Shown here: in pieces, positions 10,529 through 20,459 of the stretch | Layout of the letters: every line of letters begins with the position of its first letter | Numbering within the stretch: position 1 is the stretch's first letter | Assembly: GCA_965202985.1 (NCBI GenBank) | Contig: CBDBCF010000001.1 | Location: 1,056,001-1,120,000, forward strand | From: Longimicrobiales bacterium | Lineage (GTDB): Bacteria; Gemmatimonadota; Gemmatimonadetes; Longimicrobiales; Gaopeijiaceae | Reading direction: 5' to 3' | DNA length: 64,000 nucleotides | Program-made: the position numbers and the translations under genes | The notes under the pieces: model-generated | Databases searched by the model: none | What the model was told of the DNA's origin: nothing | Seen by the model: the letters and a program-made list of their open reading frames with translations, nothing else

Positions 10529-11755
10529 ATGAACCGGACGATACTCCACGACTTGGTTGTAAATGGCGAGAATTCGCTAGTCGAGTTTGGGCGCGACGAC
10601 GTGCGCAAAGAAGACTTGGCCAAGGAAATGGTGGCATTGCTCAACCTGGAGGGTGGACACGTTTTGTTGGGAGTGGAAGACGATGGCAGCATAAGCGGAC
10701 TAGCGAGAAGCCCGGCGGAGACGGAGGAATGGGTGATGAACATTGCGCGAGACTTGGTTCAACCTGGCTTTGTTCCGACTTGGCAATGCGTGAAAATGAA
10801 CGATAATGTGGTTGTTGGGGTGATAGGGCTTTCGGCGGACAGCCCCGACAAGCCCTACAGAGCTCGGCGAAGCGGGGCTTGGACCACCTTCCTGCGAGTA
10901 GGGACGATTTCCAGGATGGCCAGCAGAGAAGAGGATGGCAGACTGTATCAATCTTCTCACGTGATGCGTTACGATACACGACCCGTTCTGGGAACGTCCT
11001 TGGAGGACATCGATGCCGAACGCGTTCGGAACTACCTCCGAGACATCCAAGGAAGGGTGGCTGTTCCTTCCACGAAGGAGGACCGAGATTGGCGACGACT
11101 GCTGGCGAACATCGACGTGCTGGACGGCGCCAAGACGACATCGTCCGTGACGGTGGCCGGCCTGCTCCTGTTCGGTCTCAACCCGTCTCGACGCCTTCCC
11201 CAGTCCGGCATTTCGGCGTGGTCCTTTCCAGGCATCGAGAAGGACTACAACACCACCGACGAGGAGGTGATTCGCGGGCCACTGGTTTCGCTTGGAGGTG
11301 GCAACGACACGGTCGCCAAAGGCGTGATCGATCGGGCAGTGGATTTTGTTAAGCGCAACATGGGAACGACAGCTTGGCTTGAAGGAGCTCGCCGGCAGCG
11401 GAAGCCGGCATTTCCGGTGGAGACGATCCGGGAAGCGATCGTCAACGCGGTTGCGCATCGCGACTACACGCTGGCTCACACGGACGTAGAGGTGTCCATG
11501 TACGAGGACCGGATGGAGGTGATCTCGCCGGGACGGCTGCCGAACGGCGTAACCGTGCAGAAGATGGCAGACGGCTTGCGGGCGGCAAGGAACGAAATGC
11601 TCAAGGATGTGCTGCGCGACTATGGGTACGTGGAGCACATGGGCTTGGGCGTGCGCAATCGGATCATCGGCGCCATGCGGAAGCACAACGGGACCGAGCC
11701 GGACTTGGTCGAAGAGGAGAGCCGCTTTATTGTTCGGCTCTGGAAGCAAGCCTAG
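10529..11755 (+). CDS. Schlafen/AlbA_2 domain protein with C-terminal GHKL-like (HATPase_c_4 / RecG C-terminal) domain
   Basis: GENSLVEF...LAKEMVALLNLEGGHVLLGVEDDG, REAIVNAVAHRDY, DRMEVISPGRLP and EHMGLGV. Visibly more A/T-rich codons than the neighbours. Confidence 0.88.
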   Translation: MNRTILHDLVVNGENSLVEFGRDDVRKEDLAKEMVALLNLEGGHVLLGVEDDGSISGLARSPAETEEWVMNIARDLVQPGFVPTWQCVKMNDNVVVGVIGLSADSPDKPYRARRSGAWTTFLRVGTISRMASREEDGRLYQSSHVMRYDTRPVLGTSLEDIDAERVRNYLRDIQGRVAVPSTKEDRDWRRLLANIDVLDGAKTTSSVTVAGLLLFGLNPSRRLPQSGISAWSFPGIEKDYNTTDEEVIRGPLVSLGGGNDTVAKGVIDRAVDFVKRNMGTTAWLEGARRQRKPAFPVETIREAIVNAVAHRDYTLAHTDVEVSMYEDRMEVISPGRLPNGVTVQKMADGLRAARNEMLKDVLRDYGYVEHMGLGVRNRIIGAMRKHNGTEPDLVEEESRFIVRLWKQA

Positions 11756-11770
11756 GAGAGGACGCGCGTC

Positions 11771-13468
11771 ATGAAGTTCGGGAAATACTTGGCCGTGGCC
11801 GCCATGGCCGTGTCGCTGGCGGCGGCTGGCAGCGGCGGCTGGCTCCTTCAGCGGATGGCGCCCCCGTTGGAGCTTGGCGGGGAGGGGGTGCGGCAGGGGC
11901 AGGCGTCCTCGCGGGAGCTGCTCGAAGAGATCGTGCGGCGCATCGAGCTGGAGTACGTGGACGGGCTGGCGCGCGACAGCCTCTACCAAGCGGCGATTCA
12001 CGGCGTCCTGGAACGGCTGGGCGATCCGAACAGCCAGTTCGTGGAGGCGTCCGACTGGGAAGACGTGCGCATCCGCCACCACGGCGAGTACGGCGGCGTG
12101 GGGTTGGAGGTGCACGACCGCGACGGCTTCATCACCGTGGTGGCGCCCATTCCCGGCTCTCCGGGGGCCCGGGCCGGCCTGCGTCCCGGCGACCGCATCG
12201 TCGAGGTGGACGGCACGTCCGTGGAAGGCTGGCTCACCGACCAGGCGGTGGAGCTGCTTCGCGGCAAGCCCGGTACGGCGGTGCGGATCGGCGTCCGGCG
12301 CCTGGGGATCGAGACGGTCGTCCCGTTCGAGATCACCCGCGCCGTAATCCACGTCCCGTCCGTGCCCTTCGCAATGGTGCTGGACGGCGGCGTCGGCTAC
12401 GTGCCCCTGCAGGGCTTCAACGGGACCACCACCGAAGAGGTGCGGGCCGCCGTGGATTCGCTCGTCGAAGAAGGCGCGTCGTCGCTGGTCCTGGACTTGC
12501 GCCGGAACCCCGGCGGCCTGCTGGACGAGGGCGTGGGCGTGTCCGACCTGTTCTTGGACCGGGGCAAGGACGTGGTCGAGATTCGGGCACGAGGCGCGGA
12601 GCCCGAGACCTACCGAGCCACGACGCGCCAGGGGTACGCCGACCTTCCGCTGGTGGTGCTGGTGGGCCACGGCAGCGCCTCCGCCGCCGAGATCGTGGCC
12701 GGGGCGCTTCAGGATCACGACCGAGCGCTGGTGATCGGCGCGCCCACCTTCGGCAAGGGGTCGGTCCAGACGCTGTTCCCCTTGTCGGCGGGGAACGTGC
12801 TGCGGCTGACGACGGCCCGCTGGTTCACGCCCTCGGGACGTTCCATCCAAAGCGACCCGTCGGCGCGGCGGGCGGCCCGGGAAGACGCCGCGATCACGTT
12901 GGACGGAAGCTGGGCGGAACTGCCCGACTTGGAAGGAAAGCCGCAGTTCGCGTCGTCGGGCGGACGGCTCCTCTACGGCGGGGGCGGCATCGTGCCCGAC
13001 CTCTGGGTCGTCCCGGACACCCTTTCCGAAGGGGAGTACGCGGCGGTGCGCACCGTCTTCGCCGCGGGCGGCAACTTCTTCACGGCCTTGGTGAACTGGG
13101 CTGTGGCCTACATCCAGGAGCGCCCCGAGCTGGCGCCCGACTTCGTGGTCACGGAAGACGACCTGCGGTCCCTCCATGCCGCCATGGTGGAGCGCGGCGC
13201 CGAAGTGTCGTTCGACGAGCTGCTCGGCGCGCGGCGCTACGTGGAGCACCACGTGGGCGCCGAAGTCGCGTTGCAGGCATGGGACGACCAGGGCCAGTTC
13301 AGCCGCCGGGCCGAACAGGACGGCGCCTTGCAGAGGGCGCTGGAGCTGTTGGCCGCGGCCTCGGACCAGGAGGACCTCTTCGTGCGCGCGGGTTCGCCGC
13401 TGGCCGCAGCGGACGCCGTCGAAAGCGAGGCCGATTCGGTCATGGAAGCGCCCAATTTTCGGCGGTAG
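11771..13468 (+). CDS. ctpA: Carboxy-terminal processing protease (S41A, PDZ domain)
   Basis: N-terminal signal/TM segment, YGGVGLEV PDZ, DLRRNPGGLL, SASAAEIVAGALQD, TFGKGSVQ and GGIVPD. Confidence 0.95.
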   Translation: MKFGKYLAVAAMAVSLAAAGSGGWLLQRMAPPLELGGEGVRQGQASSRELLEEIVRRIELEYVDGLARDSLYQAAIHGVLERLGDPNSQFVEASDWEDVRIRHHGEYGGVGLEVHDRDGFITVVAPIPGSPGARAGLRPGDRIVEVDGTSVEGWLTDQAVELLRGKPGTAVRIGVRRLGIETVVPFEITRAVIHVPSVPFAMVLDGGVGYVPLQGFNGTTTEEVRAAVDSLVEEGASSLVLDLRRNPGGLLDEGVGVSDLFLDRGKDVVEIRARGAEPETYRATTRQGYADLPLVVLVGHGSASAAEIVAGALQDHDRALVIGAPTFGKGSVQTLFPLSAGNVLRLTTARWFTPSGRSIQSDPSARRAAREDAAITLDGSWAELPDLEGKPQFASSGGRLLYGGGGIVPDLWVVPDTLSEGEYAAVRTVFAAGGNFFTALVNWAVAYIQERPELAPDFVVTEDDLRSLHAAMVERGAEVSFDELLGARRYVEHHVGAEVALQAWDDQGQFSRRAEQDGALQRALELLAAASDQEDLFVRAGSPLAAADAVESEADSVMEAPNFRR

Positions 13469-13480
13469 GATTTAGGCGTC

Positions 13481-14449
13481 CTGGAAATCGCGGTCGTTCG
13501 GGGCGGGGTTGTCGAGTCCCGCCACCGGGTTCACGCCGTCGTCGCGGAGGCGTCGGGTCGAGTGGTCCGCGCTTGGGGCGACGCCGGTCGGGTCACGTTG
13601 CTTCGGTCGGCGGCCAAGCCCTTTCAAGCGCTGCCCCTGGCCGACGACGGGGCGGCGGACCGTTTCGGCCTCACGGAAGAGGAGATTGCCCTGTGTTGCG
13701 GGTCACACAACGCGGAAGAGCGCCACCTGGAGGGGGTTCGGTCGATCTTGGCGAAGGTCGGGCTGCCGGAGTCGGCGCTGGCGTGCGGCCCCCACCGCCC
13801 TCTGCTGAGCGCGCGCGCCCGAGCCATGGCGGAGGCTGGCATCCCGCTCACGCCCATCGTCAGCAACTGCTCGGGCAAGCACGCCGGCATGTTGGCGCTG
13901 GCGGTTCACCACGGCTGGCCGGCGGAGGACTACCAGCGGTTCGGGCACCCGGTGCAGGTGCGCATCGGACGCGAGGTGTCGCGTTGGACCGACGTTCCCG
14001 CGGCAGACGCGGGCCAAGCCGTGGACGGCTGCGGGGTCCCCTGCTTCGCGGTCCCCTTGGAGCGCGCGGCCGTGGCGGCTGCCCGGCTGTCGGAGGCGGC
14101 GCGGGGACCGGGGCCGGTTCGCCGGATCGTGACCGCCATGACCGGCCGGCCCTTCATGGTGGCGGGCACGAAGCGGCTGTGCACCCGTCTCATGGAAGAG
14201 GAGGACGGCCGCCTCTTCGCCAAGGTGGGCGCGGAGGGCGTGTACTTGGCGGGCGACTTGGAGTGCGGACTGGGGGTCGCTCTCAAGGTGGAGGACGGGG
14301 CGTGGCGGGCCGCTCCTCCGGCGCTGATTGCGGTCCTGGACCAAGCGGGACTCCTGTCGGACGGCGCGCGGGCCGCGTTGGCCGAGTTCGCGACGCCCGC
14401 GCTGACCAACACGCTGAACGACGTGGTGGGCCGAATACAGGTCCAGTGA
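13481..14449 (+). CDS. Asparaginase II (Rhizobium AnsA-type); probable CTG start
   Basis: VVRGGVVESRH (upstream of the track start 13562), RSAAKPFQA, GSHNAE, NCSGKH, DGCGVP and AKVGAEGV. Confidence 0.88.
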   Translation: MEIAVVRGGVVESRHRVHAVVAEASGRVVRAWGDAGRVTLLRSAAKPFQALPLADDGAADRFGLTEEEIALCCGSHNAEERHLEGVRSILAKVGLPESALACGPHRPLLSARARAMAEAGIPLTPIVSNCSGKHAGMLALAVHHGWPAEDYQRFGHPVQVRIGREVSRWTDVPAADAGQAVDGCGVPCFAVPLERAAVAAARLSEAARGPGPVRRIVTAMTGRPFMVAGTKRLCTRLMEEEDGRLFAKVGAEGVYLAGDLECGLGVALKVEDGAWRAAPPALIAVLDQAGLLSDGARAALAEFATPALTNTLNDVVGRIQVQ

Positions 14450-14462
14450 GGGCCTGACCCGC

Positions 14463-15485
14463 ATGTTCGTCGATTCGGTGGCGGTCGAGGTGCGGGGCGG
14501 AGCCGGGGGTTCCGGCGCCGAGGCGTTTCGGCGGGAGAAGGGCGTCCCCAGAGGCGGGCCGGCGGGGGGCGACGGCGGAAAGGGGGGCAACGTGGTGCTG
14601 GTGGCGGACCCCGGACTGGCCACGCTGGTGGACTTCCGGTACCGGCGGCACCACCGGGCGGAGCGGGGGCAGCACGGAAGCGGCTTCAACCGGACGGGTC
14701 GGAGCGGCCGCGACTTGGAGCTGACCGTGCCGCCGGGCACCGCCGCCGTGGACGACGCCACCGGCCAAGTCCTGGGCGAACTGGTGACGGCGGAAGATCG
14801 GCTGGTGGTGGCCAAGGGCGGCCGCGGCGGACGGGGGAACGCGCGGTTCGCGTCCGCCGTGCGCCAAGCGCCGCGCCGTTGGGAGCCCGGAGAAGAGGGC
14901 GAAGCCAGGCGGCTGCGGCTGGAGCTCAAGCTGATCGCCGACATCGGCTTGGTGGGCGAACCCAACGCGGGCAAGTCCACCCTGCTCTCGCGGGTCAGTG
15001 GCGCGCGCCCCAAGATCGCCGGCTATCCGTTCACCACCTTGTCGCCCCAGCTGGGAGTGGCCGAGCTGCCCGGCTACCGCTCGCTGGTGGTGGCGGACAT
15101 CCCCGGCATCATCGAAGGCGCCCACGAAGGCAAGGGCCTGGGGCACCGGTTCCTGCGCCACATCGAACGCACGCGCGCCTTGGCCGTCCTGCTGCCCTCC
15201 GACGGGGGCGACCCGGCAGCCGCGCTTGCCGCCCTGCGCCACGAACTGGACCAGTATTCGCCACGGCTCTCGGCGCTGCCCTACGCGGTCGTCTTCTCCA
15301 AGGCCGACCTGCGCCCACCCGGCAGCCCCGCCCCGGACGTGGACGCCCCCCGAGCCTGGGGCGCGTATCACGTCAGCGCCGTGACCGGCCAAGGGTTGAA
15401 CGAGCTCTTGGAGGGCTGCTGGCGGCAGGTGGAGGCCGCGCGCGCCCAGGCTGCCCCGCCCGCGACGGAGGAGCCCGAATGGTAG
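14463..15485 (+). CDS. obgE: GTPase ObgE/CgtA
   Basis: MFVD, FRREKGVPRGGPAGGDGG, GEPNAGKST, YPFTT and DIPGIIEGAHEGKGLG. Confidence 0.97.
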   Translation: MFVDSVAVEVRGGAGGSGAEAFRREKGVPRGGPAGGDGGKGGNVVLVADPGLATLVDFRYRRHHRAERGQHGSGFNRTGRSGRDLELTVPPGTAAVDDATGQVLGELVTAEDRLVVAKGGRGGRGNARFASAVRQAPRRWEPGEEGEARRLRLELKLIADIGLVGEPNAGKSTLLSRVSGARPKIAGYPFTTLSPQLGVAELPGYRSLVVADIPGIIEGAHEGKGLGHRFLRHIERTRALAVLLPSDGGDPAAALAALRHELDQYSPRLSALPYAVVFSKADLRPPGSPAPDVDAPRAWGAYHVSAVTGQGLNELLEGCWRQVEAARAQAAPPATEEPEW

Positions 15486-16555
15486 GCCCGAAGCGGCGTG
15501 CCCAACCCCCGCAGTCCGCTTGCGACGCCCTTGCTCTGCGTGGCCTGCGCGGCGTGGGCGCGGCCCGGTTCCGGGCGCTGGTGGACCACTTCGGCAGCCC
15601 CGCCGAGGCGCTGTCCGCAGGGACGCCCGAGTTCGCCGCCGTGGCCGGCAAGACGGCCGCGGACGCTCGCCGGAGCGGGCTCGCGGAAACGGCGGCACGC
15701 GCCCGCGAGGTGGCCGAGCAGAGCCTGGACGCCGGCATGACCCTGCTCGTCTACGGCGAGCCGGGCTATCCGGAGCGGCTGGGACACCTGTCGGACCCGC
15801 CTCCGGTCCTCTTCGCCCTGGGGGCCACGCGGTTGCTGGAGCTGCCCTGCGTGGCGGTCGTCGGCTCGCGACGGGCCACCGTCTACGGACGACGGGTGGC
15901 GCGGCGCCTGAGCGCGACTCTGGCGGCCGGCGGGCGCTGCGTGGTGTCGGGCATGGCGATGGGCGTGGACGCGGAGGCTCACCGAGGCGCCTTGCCGGGC
16001 CCCACGACGGCGGTCCTGGCCTCGGGCGCCGACGTGCCTTCGCCCCCGCGCAACGCCGGCCTCTACCGCGAGATCGCCGAACACGGGCTGATCCTCTCGG
16101 AGCACGGCCCCGGCGCGCGCGCCGAGCCCCACCACTTCCCCGTGCGCAACCGCATCATCGCCGCCCTGGCCCACGAGGTCGTGGTCGTGGAAGCGTCGAA
16201 GCGGAGCGGGGCCCTGATCACCGCCGCGCAGGCCCTGGACCTGGGCCGAGACGTGCGGGCCGTGCCGGGACCGATCGACCGCGCCACGAGCGAAGGCACG
16301 AACCGCCTCATCGCCGACGGCGCGGACCCGGTCCTGGGGTTGGAGCCCGAGGACGCCCTGGGCGCTCCGCAGAACCTGCCCGAAGAGCCGGAACTGCGCA
16401 GCCTGCTTCTGGCCGTGCCCGCCCACCCCGTCACCGTCGAGGAAGCCGCCCAGGCCGCGGGCCTGTCCGCCGACGTCGCGGCGACCTCCGCCACCGTGCT
16501 CGAGCTGCGCGGCTACCTGACTTCGACCCGCGACGGTCGGCTGACGAGGGCGTGA
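15479..16555 (+). CDS. dprA: DNA-processing protein DprA/Smf
   Basis: ATG 15479 with GGAGG SD. DPPPVLF, VAVVGSR, VSGMAMGVD, HFPVRNRIIA, SGALITA and GTNRLI. Confidence 0.94.
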   Translation: MVGPKRRAQPPQSACDALALRGLRGVGAARFRALVDHFGSPAEALSAGTPEFAAVAGKTAADARRSGLAETAARAREVAEQSLDAGMTLLVYGEPGYPERLGHLSDPPPVLFALGATRLLELPCVAVVGSRRATVYGRRVARRLSATLAAGGRCVVSGMAMGVDAEAHRGALPGPTTAVLASGADVPSPPRNAGLYREIAEHGLILSEHGPGARAEPHHFPVRNRIIAALAHEVVVVEASKRSGALITAAQALDLGRDVRAVPGPIDRATSEGTNRLIADGADPVLGLEPEDALGAPQNLPEEPELRSLLLAVPAHPVTVEEAAQAAGLSADVAATSATVLELRGYLTSTRDGRLTRA

Positions 16556-17847
16556 CGGCCCCGTCGGCAATCCGCCACGTCTACGTGCACGCGCCCTTCT
16601 GCGCGCGACGCTGCGTATACTGCGACTTCGCGGTCAAGGTGGACCGCACCCCGAACAGCCGTCGCTGGCTGGCCGCCGTCGCCGCGGAGTTCGAGGACCT
16701 GCAAGCCCGAGGCGCGGCGCCGTTGGCCCCGGTGCTGGACACGCTGTACGTGGGCGGCGGCACGCCGTCGCTTCTCTCGCCGCGGTTCACCGCCGACTTG
16801 GCAACGCTGCTGGGGAGGACCCGCACCGCCGGTGGGGAGCTGGAGTGGACCGTCGAAGCCAACCCCGAGTCGTTCGGCAGCGGCGTTGCGCGGGAGTGGG
16901 CCGCCGCAGGCGTGAACCGAGTGTCGCTGGGCGTGCAGAGCTTCGACCCCGACGCGCTCAAGTGGATGGGACGCCTTCACTCGCCCGCCGACGCCGGGAC
17001 CGCCGTGGAGCGGGCGCGGGCCGCGGGGGTCGCCAACGTGTCGATCGACCTGATCTTCGGGTTGCCGGACTCGGCGCCTCGTTCGTGGCCGGACGACTTG
17101 GAGCAGGCGCTGGCGTTGGACGCGCCTCACGTCTCGCTGTACGGCCTTGCGGTCGAGAAGGGCACGCGACTGTGCCGCCACGTGAGCGAGGGCCGGTCGC
17201 CCCCGCCCTCGGACAGCCGCTACGAAGAGGAATACCTGCTGGCCGCCCAAGTCCTGGCCGACGCCGGATACGACCACTACGAGGTGTCCAACTTCGCCCG
17301 CCCCGGCTTCGCATCGCGCCACAACCAGGCCTGCTGGAGCGGCGTCCCGTACCTGGGCCTGGGCAATGGCGCTCACAGCTTCCACGGCGGCCGCCGCTGG
17401 TGGAACGAGCGCGACTGGGACGCCTACGCAGCGGCAGTCGGGAACGGGGGCGACGCTCGTGGCGGCGAAGCGGGCGCCGAAACGCTGTCGGCCCGGCAGT
17501 CCAGGCTGGAGGCGATCTGGCTGGGACTACGAACCGCGAAGGGACTGGACCTGGGCCGCTTGACGGATGTAGACGCCGGGCCGGCGAACTCCTGCCATCC
17601 ACGTGGTACGGAGCCGCACGCAACACGGCCCAACGGCCTCCGGAGCAGGGAACCGGCGACGACCCCAGCCCGAAGTGCGGCCCGCCAAGTCGCCCAACGC
17701 TGGGAGGCTCGCGGACTGGCCTTCGCGGCCCCCGACCGCATCCGCCTGACGCCCAAGGGTTGGCTGGTTCTGGACGCCTTGGCGGTCGAGCTGGACGAGG
17801 CCGTGGAACCTTGGACTGTGGGGAGTACGCGCACGGCGGGAGTGTAG
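16552..17847 (+). CDS. hemW: Radical SAM heme chaperone HemW (HemN-like)
   Basis: YVHAPFCARRCVYCDF, YVGGGTPS, RVSLGVQSF, YEVSNFA and HN. Upstream of hrcA, as is typical. Confidence 0.92.
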   Translation: MTAPSAIRHVYVHAPFCARRCVYCDFAVKVDRTPNSRRWLAAVAAEFEDLQARGAAPLAPVLDTLYVGGGTPSLLSPRFTADLATLLGRTRTAGGELEWTVEANPESFGSGVAREWAAAGVNRVSLGVQSFDPDALKWMGRLHSPADAGTAVERARAAGVANVSIDLIFGLPDSAPRSWPDDLEQALALDAPHVSLYGLAVEKGTRLCRHVSEGRSPPPSDSRYEEEYLLAAQVLADAGYDHYEVSNFARPGFASRHNQACWSGVPYLGLGNGAHSFHGGRRWWNERDWDAYAAAVGNGGDARGGEAGAETLSARQSRLEAIWLGLRTAKGLDLGRLTDVDAGPANSCHPRGTEPHATRPNGLRSREPATTPARSAARQVAQRWEARGLAFAAPDRIRLTPKGWLVLDALAVELDEAVEPWTVGSTRTAGV

Positions 17848-18184
17848 CGATTCCATTCGCAGGAGCCGGTCACCGGAGGATTCGCCTAGTCGCCAGCTGC
17901 CTCCCGAGGGCGCGAACGGCCACTCCCCGGTGCCCCCCTCTCGGCTTCGCCCTTCGGCTTGTCCGTCGAGTAGTGGACGGGCGTCTCCCGTACGACGCCC
18001 GCGGCCAGATCCGCCCCGGTGCCGGACAGGCCAGCGCCGTCTTGCCGTCCTTTCGACTCGGTCGCGGGTTCGCTCTGCCCCGGAATCTACATCGGGACGG
18101 GCTTGGGCGAAGACCGGCGGGCAGAGTGCCACGGCATGACTCGAACCTGCTTCTCGACACGGCGGGCGGCTTCTCCCGGCCGCC

Positions 18185-18219
18185 TTGACGCGCCCCTCCA
18201 ACTGGCGATCTTCAAGCGT
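18185..18219 (+). promoter_or_regulatory. Putative sigma70-type leaderless promoter for hrcA-dnaJ
   Basis: TTGACG (18185-18190), 16 nt, GATCTT (18207-18212), 7 nt, then ATG 18220. No SD. Confidence 0.45.
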
Positions 18220-19278
18220 ATGGAGACGGTTCGCAAGACGGAGCGCGAGGCGCTCTCGCCGCGGGAACGGATGGTGCTGGAAGCGGTGATCCGCACCTAT
18301 GTGGACACCGCCGAGCCAGCGGGAAGCCGGACGGTGGCGCGCCGCTACGACTTGGGCGTGTCGGCGGCCACGATCCGCAACACCATGGCGGACTTGGAGG
18401 ACGAGGGCTACTTGACCCACCCCCACACCTCCGCGGGCCGCGTGCCCACGGACCAGGGCTACCGCTTCTTCGTGGACCGGGTCGTCCAGCCCGAGCCCTT
18501 GACCGAGGTCGAGAAGGCCCGGATCGAGCGCGAGCTGGCGGCCGGCAAGCCGACCGTGGAGCAGGTCCTTCACAACGCCGCGCGGGCTTTGGGCCTTCTG
18601 GTCAACGAGCTGGGCGTCGGCTCGGTGCCCCAGCTGGACGACGCGCGCCTGGAGAAGATCGACCTGATCCAAGTGTCGTCCAACAAGGTGCTCATGGTGG
18701 CGACCGTGCGGGGCGGCATGGTGCGGACCGTGTACGTGGACATCCCCGGCGAGGCGCCGCCGAACGTCTTGGACGCCCTTCAGCAAGTGCTCAACGAGCG
18801 CTTGGCCGGGCTCACCTTCGCCGAGCTGCGCACCTCGTTCGGGGCTCGGCTCCGGGACGCGGTGGCGGACTCGGCGGCCCAGGACGTGCTGAACATCTTC
18901 ATCGAGTCCAGCGACGACTTCTTCGGCCCCGACGCCGGTTCCGCCGATCAGGTCGTGCTTGGACGCACGTCGACGCTGGCGTCGCAGCCCGAGTTCGCCA
19001 CCAGCGAGCGCCTCAAGGACCTGATCGCGCTCACCGAGCGGAAGGAGCTGCTTGCCAGCGTGCTGGGCAACCGCGCCGCGAGCGGCGGTCCCTTCGTGAC
19101 GATCGGCGACGAGCACGCCCCCGAGCTGGCGGGCTTCACGCTGGTCACGTCGGGGTACCGGCTGGGCCGGTTGCGGGGGATCGTGGGCGTCATGGGGCCG
19201 ACGCGGATGCCCTACGAGAAGGTGATCGCGATCGTGGACTACACGTCGTCGCTGGTGACCAGAATGCTGGAGCCCTGA
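18220..19278 (+). CDS. hrcA: Heat-inducible transcription repressor HrcA
   Basis: [56 protein letters not shown] and [10 protein letters not shown]. Confidence 0.97.
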   Translation: METVRKTEREALSPRERMVLEAVIRTYVDTAEPAGSRTVARRYDLGVSAATIRNTMADLEDEGYLTHPHTSAGRVPTDQGYRFFVDRVVQPEPLTEVEKARIERELAAGKPTVEQVLHNAARALGLLVNELGVGSVPQLDDARLEKIDLIQVSSNKVLMVATVRGGMVRTVYVDIPGEAPPNVLDALQQVLNERLAGLTFAELRTSFGARLRDAVADSAAQDVLNIFIESSDDFFGPDAGSADQVVLGRTSTLASQPEFATSERLKDLIALTERKELLASVLGNRAASGGPFVTIGDEHAPELAGFTLVTSGYRLGRLRGIVGVMGPTRMPYEKVIAIVDYTSSLVTRMLEP

Positions 19279-19294
19279 CGGCTTCGGAGCGCTG

Positions 19295-20419
19295 ATGGGC
19301 GACTACTACGAACGACTGGGCCTGTCCCGGGACGCCGGCCCGGAAGAGATCAAGAGGGCGTACCGCAAGGTGGCGCTCAAGTACCATCCGGACCGCAACG
19401 AGGGCTCCAAGGAGGCCGAAGCGCGCTTCAAGGAGGTGACCGAGGCGTACGAGGTGCTGCGGGACCCGAACAAGCGGGAGCGCTACGACCGCTACGGGGC
19501 GGAGGGCTTGCGGGGCCGGGCGGGGGGTGCCGGCTTCGACTTCTCGGACGCGCTGAGCGTGTTCATGCGGGACTTCGGCGGGTTCGGCGGACTGGAGGAC
19601 CTGTTCGGCGGTCGGCGACGGCGCAACGAGCAGCGCCTGCAGATCACCCTGCCGCTCACGCTGTCCGAGGTCCGCGCGGGCGTGACCAAGACCGTGCAGG
19701 TGGCGGTGCTCGACCTTTGTTCCTCCTGTCGCGGCACCGGCGTGCGCGACGGCGGCCGGCCCTCGGCGTGCCCCTCCTGTCGCGGCTCGGGGCAGGAGCG
19801 CCGGGTCGAGCGCTCGGTCTTCGGCCAGTTCGTGAGCGTGGGACCGTGCTCCCGCTGCCGCGGCCAGGGCTCGGTGATCACCGACCAGTGCCGCGCCTGC
19901 CACGGCGAGGGCCGCACTCGCAAGACCCGCAAGGTGAGGGTTCGCGTGCCGCCCGGCGTTTCCACGGAGAACTTCATCACCCTGCGGGGCGAAGGGAACG
20001 CCGGCCCTCGCGGAGGCCCGCGCGGCGACATCGTGGTCCTGCTGGACGTGAAGGAGGACCCCCGCTTCCGCCGCGACGGGAACGACCTGGTCGCCGAGCT
20101 GCCGATCACGTTCAGCCAAGCCGCCCTGGGTGCGCGGGTCAAGGTCCCCACCGTGGACGGCGAAGCGGAGATCGACGTGCCGCCCGGCACCCAGAGCGGC
20201 GCCGTCATCCCCGTTCGGGGCGAGGGCCTTCCCGACGTGCACGGCCGCGGCCACGGCGACCTCCATGTGCAGGTGGCCGTGTGGGTCCCCAGCCACCTCA
20301 CGCCCGAGCAGGAGAAGGCCGTCCGCGCGCTGGGCGACTTGGAGGACGCCGCCCCGGCCGAGATCGACGGGGACGCGTCCCGCGGCTTCTGGTCGCGCGT
20401 GAAGGAGGCGCTGGGCTGA
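19295..20419 (+). CDS. dnaJ: Chaperone DnaJ
   Basis: DYYERLG, KYHPDRN, a G/F-rich linker and four CxxCxGxG repeats. Confidence 0.98.
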   Translation: MGDYYERLGLSRDAGPEEIKRAYRKVALKYHPDRNEGSKEAEARFKEVTEAYEVLRDPNKRERYDRYGAEGLRGRAGGAGFDFSDALSVFMRDFGGFGGLEDLFGGRRRRNEQRLQITLPLTLSEVRAGVTKTVQVAVLDLCSSCRGTGVRDGGRPSACPSCRGSGQERRVERSVFGQFVSVGPCSRCRGQGSVITDQCRACHGEGRTRKTRKVRVRVPPGVSTENFITLRGEGNAGPRGGPRGDIVVLLDVKEDPRFRRDGNDLVAELPITFSQAALGARVKVPTVDGEAEIDVPPGTQSGAVIPVRGEGLPDVHGRGHGDLHVQVAVWVPSHLTPEQEKAVRALGDLEDAAPAEIDGDASRGFWSRVKEALG

Positions 20420-20459
20420 GAACGGCCGCGGGGGCGCGGCGGCCCGGCGGAAAGCCGCC

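Larger units (their letters stand above)
10374..11774. repeat. 8-bp direct repeat CGTCATGA (10374-10381 and 11767-11774) bounding a lower-GC cassette
   Basis: Read directly. Joining the two copies makes the tmk TGA overlap the ctpA ATG. Confidence 0.55.

Noticed and set aside
11771..14449. CtpA-asparaginase fusion via amber recoding
   Set aside because: TAG is used as an ordinary stop throughout, prfA is intact, and the two proteins have incompatible locations.
18100..18135. Possible CIRCE operator upstream of hrcA (GAGTGCCA)
   Set aside because: Only a right half-site is present; there is no matching left arm 9 nt upstream.
20445..20459. GGCGG-AAAG-CCGCC hairpin between convergent dnaJ and the plug protein gene
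   Set aside because: The stem is short with no U-tract on either strand, which is insufficient for a terminator call.
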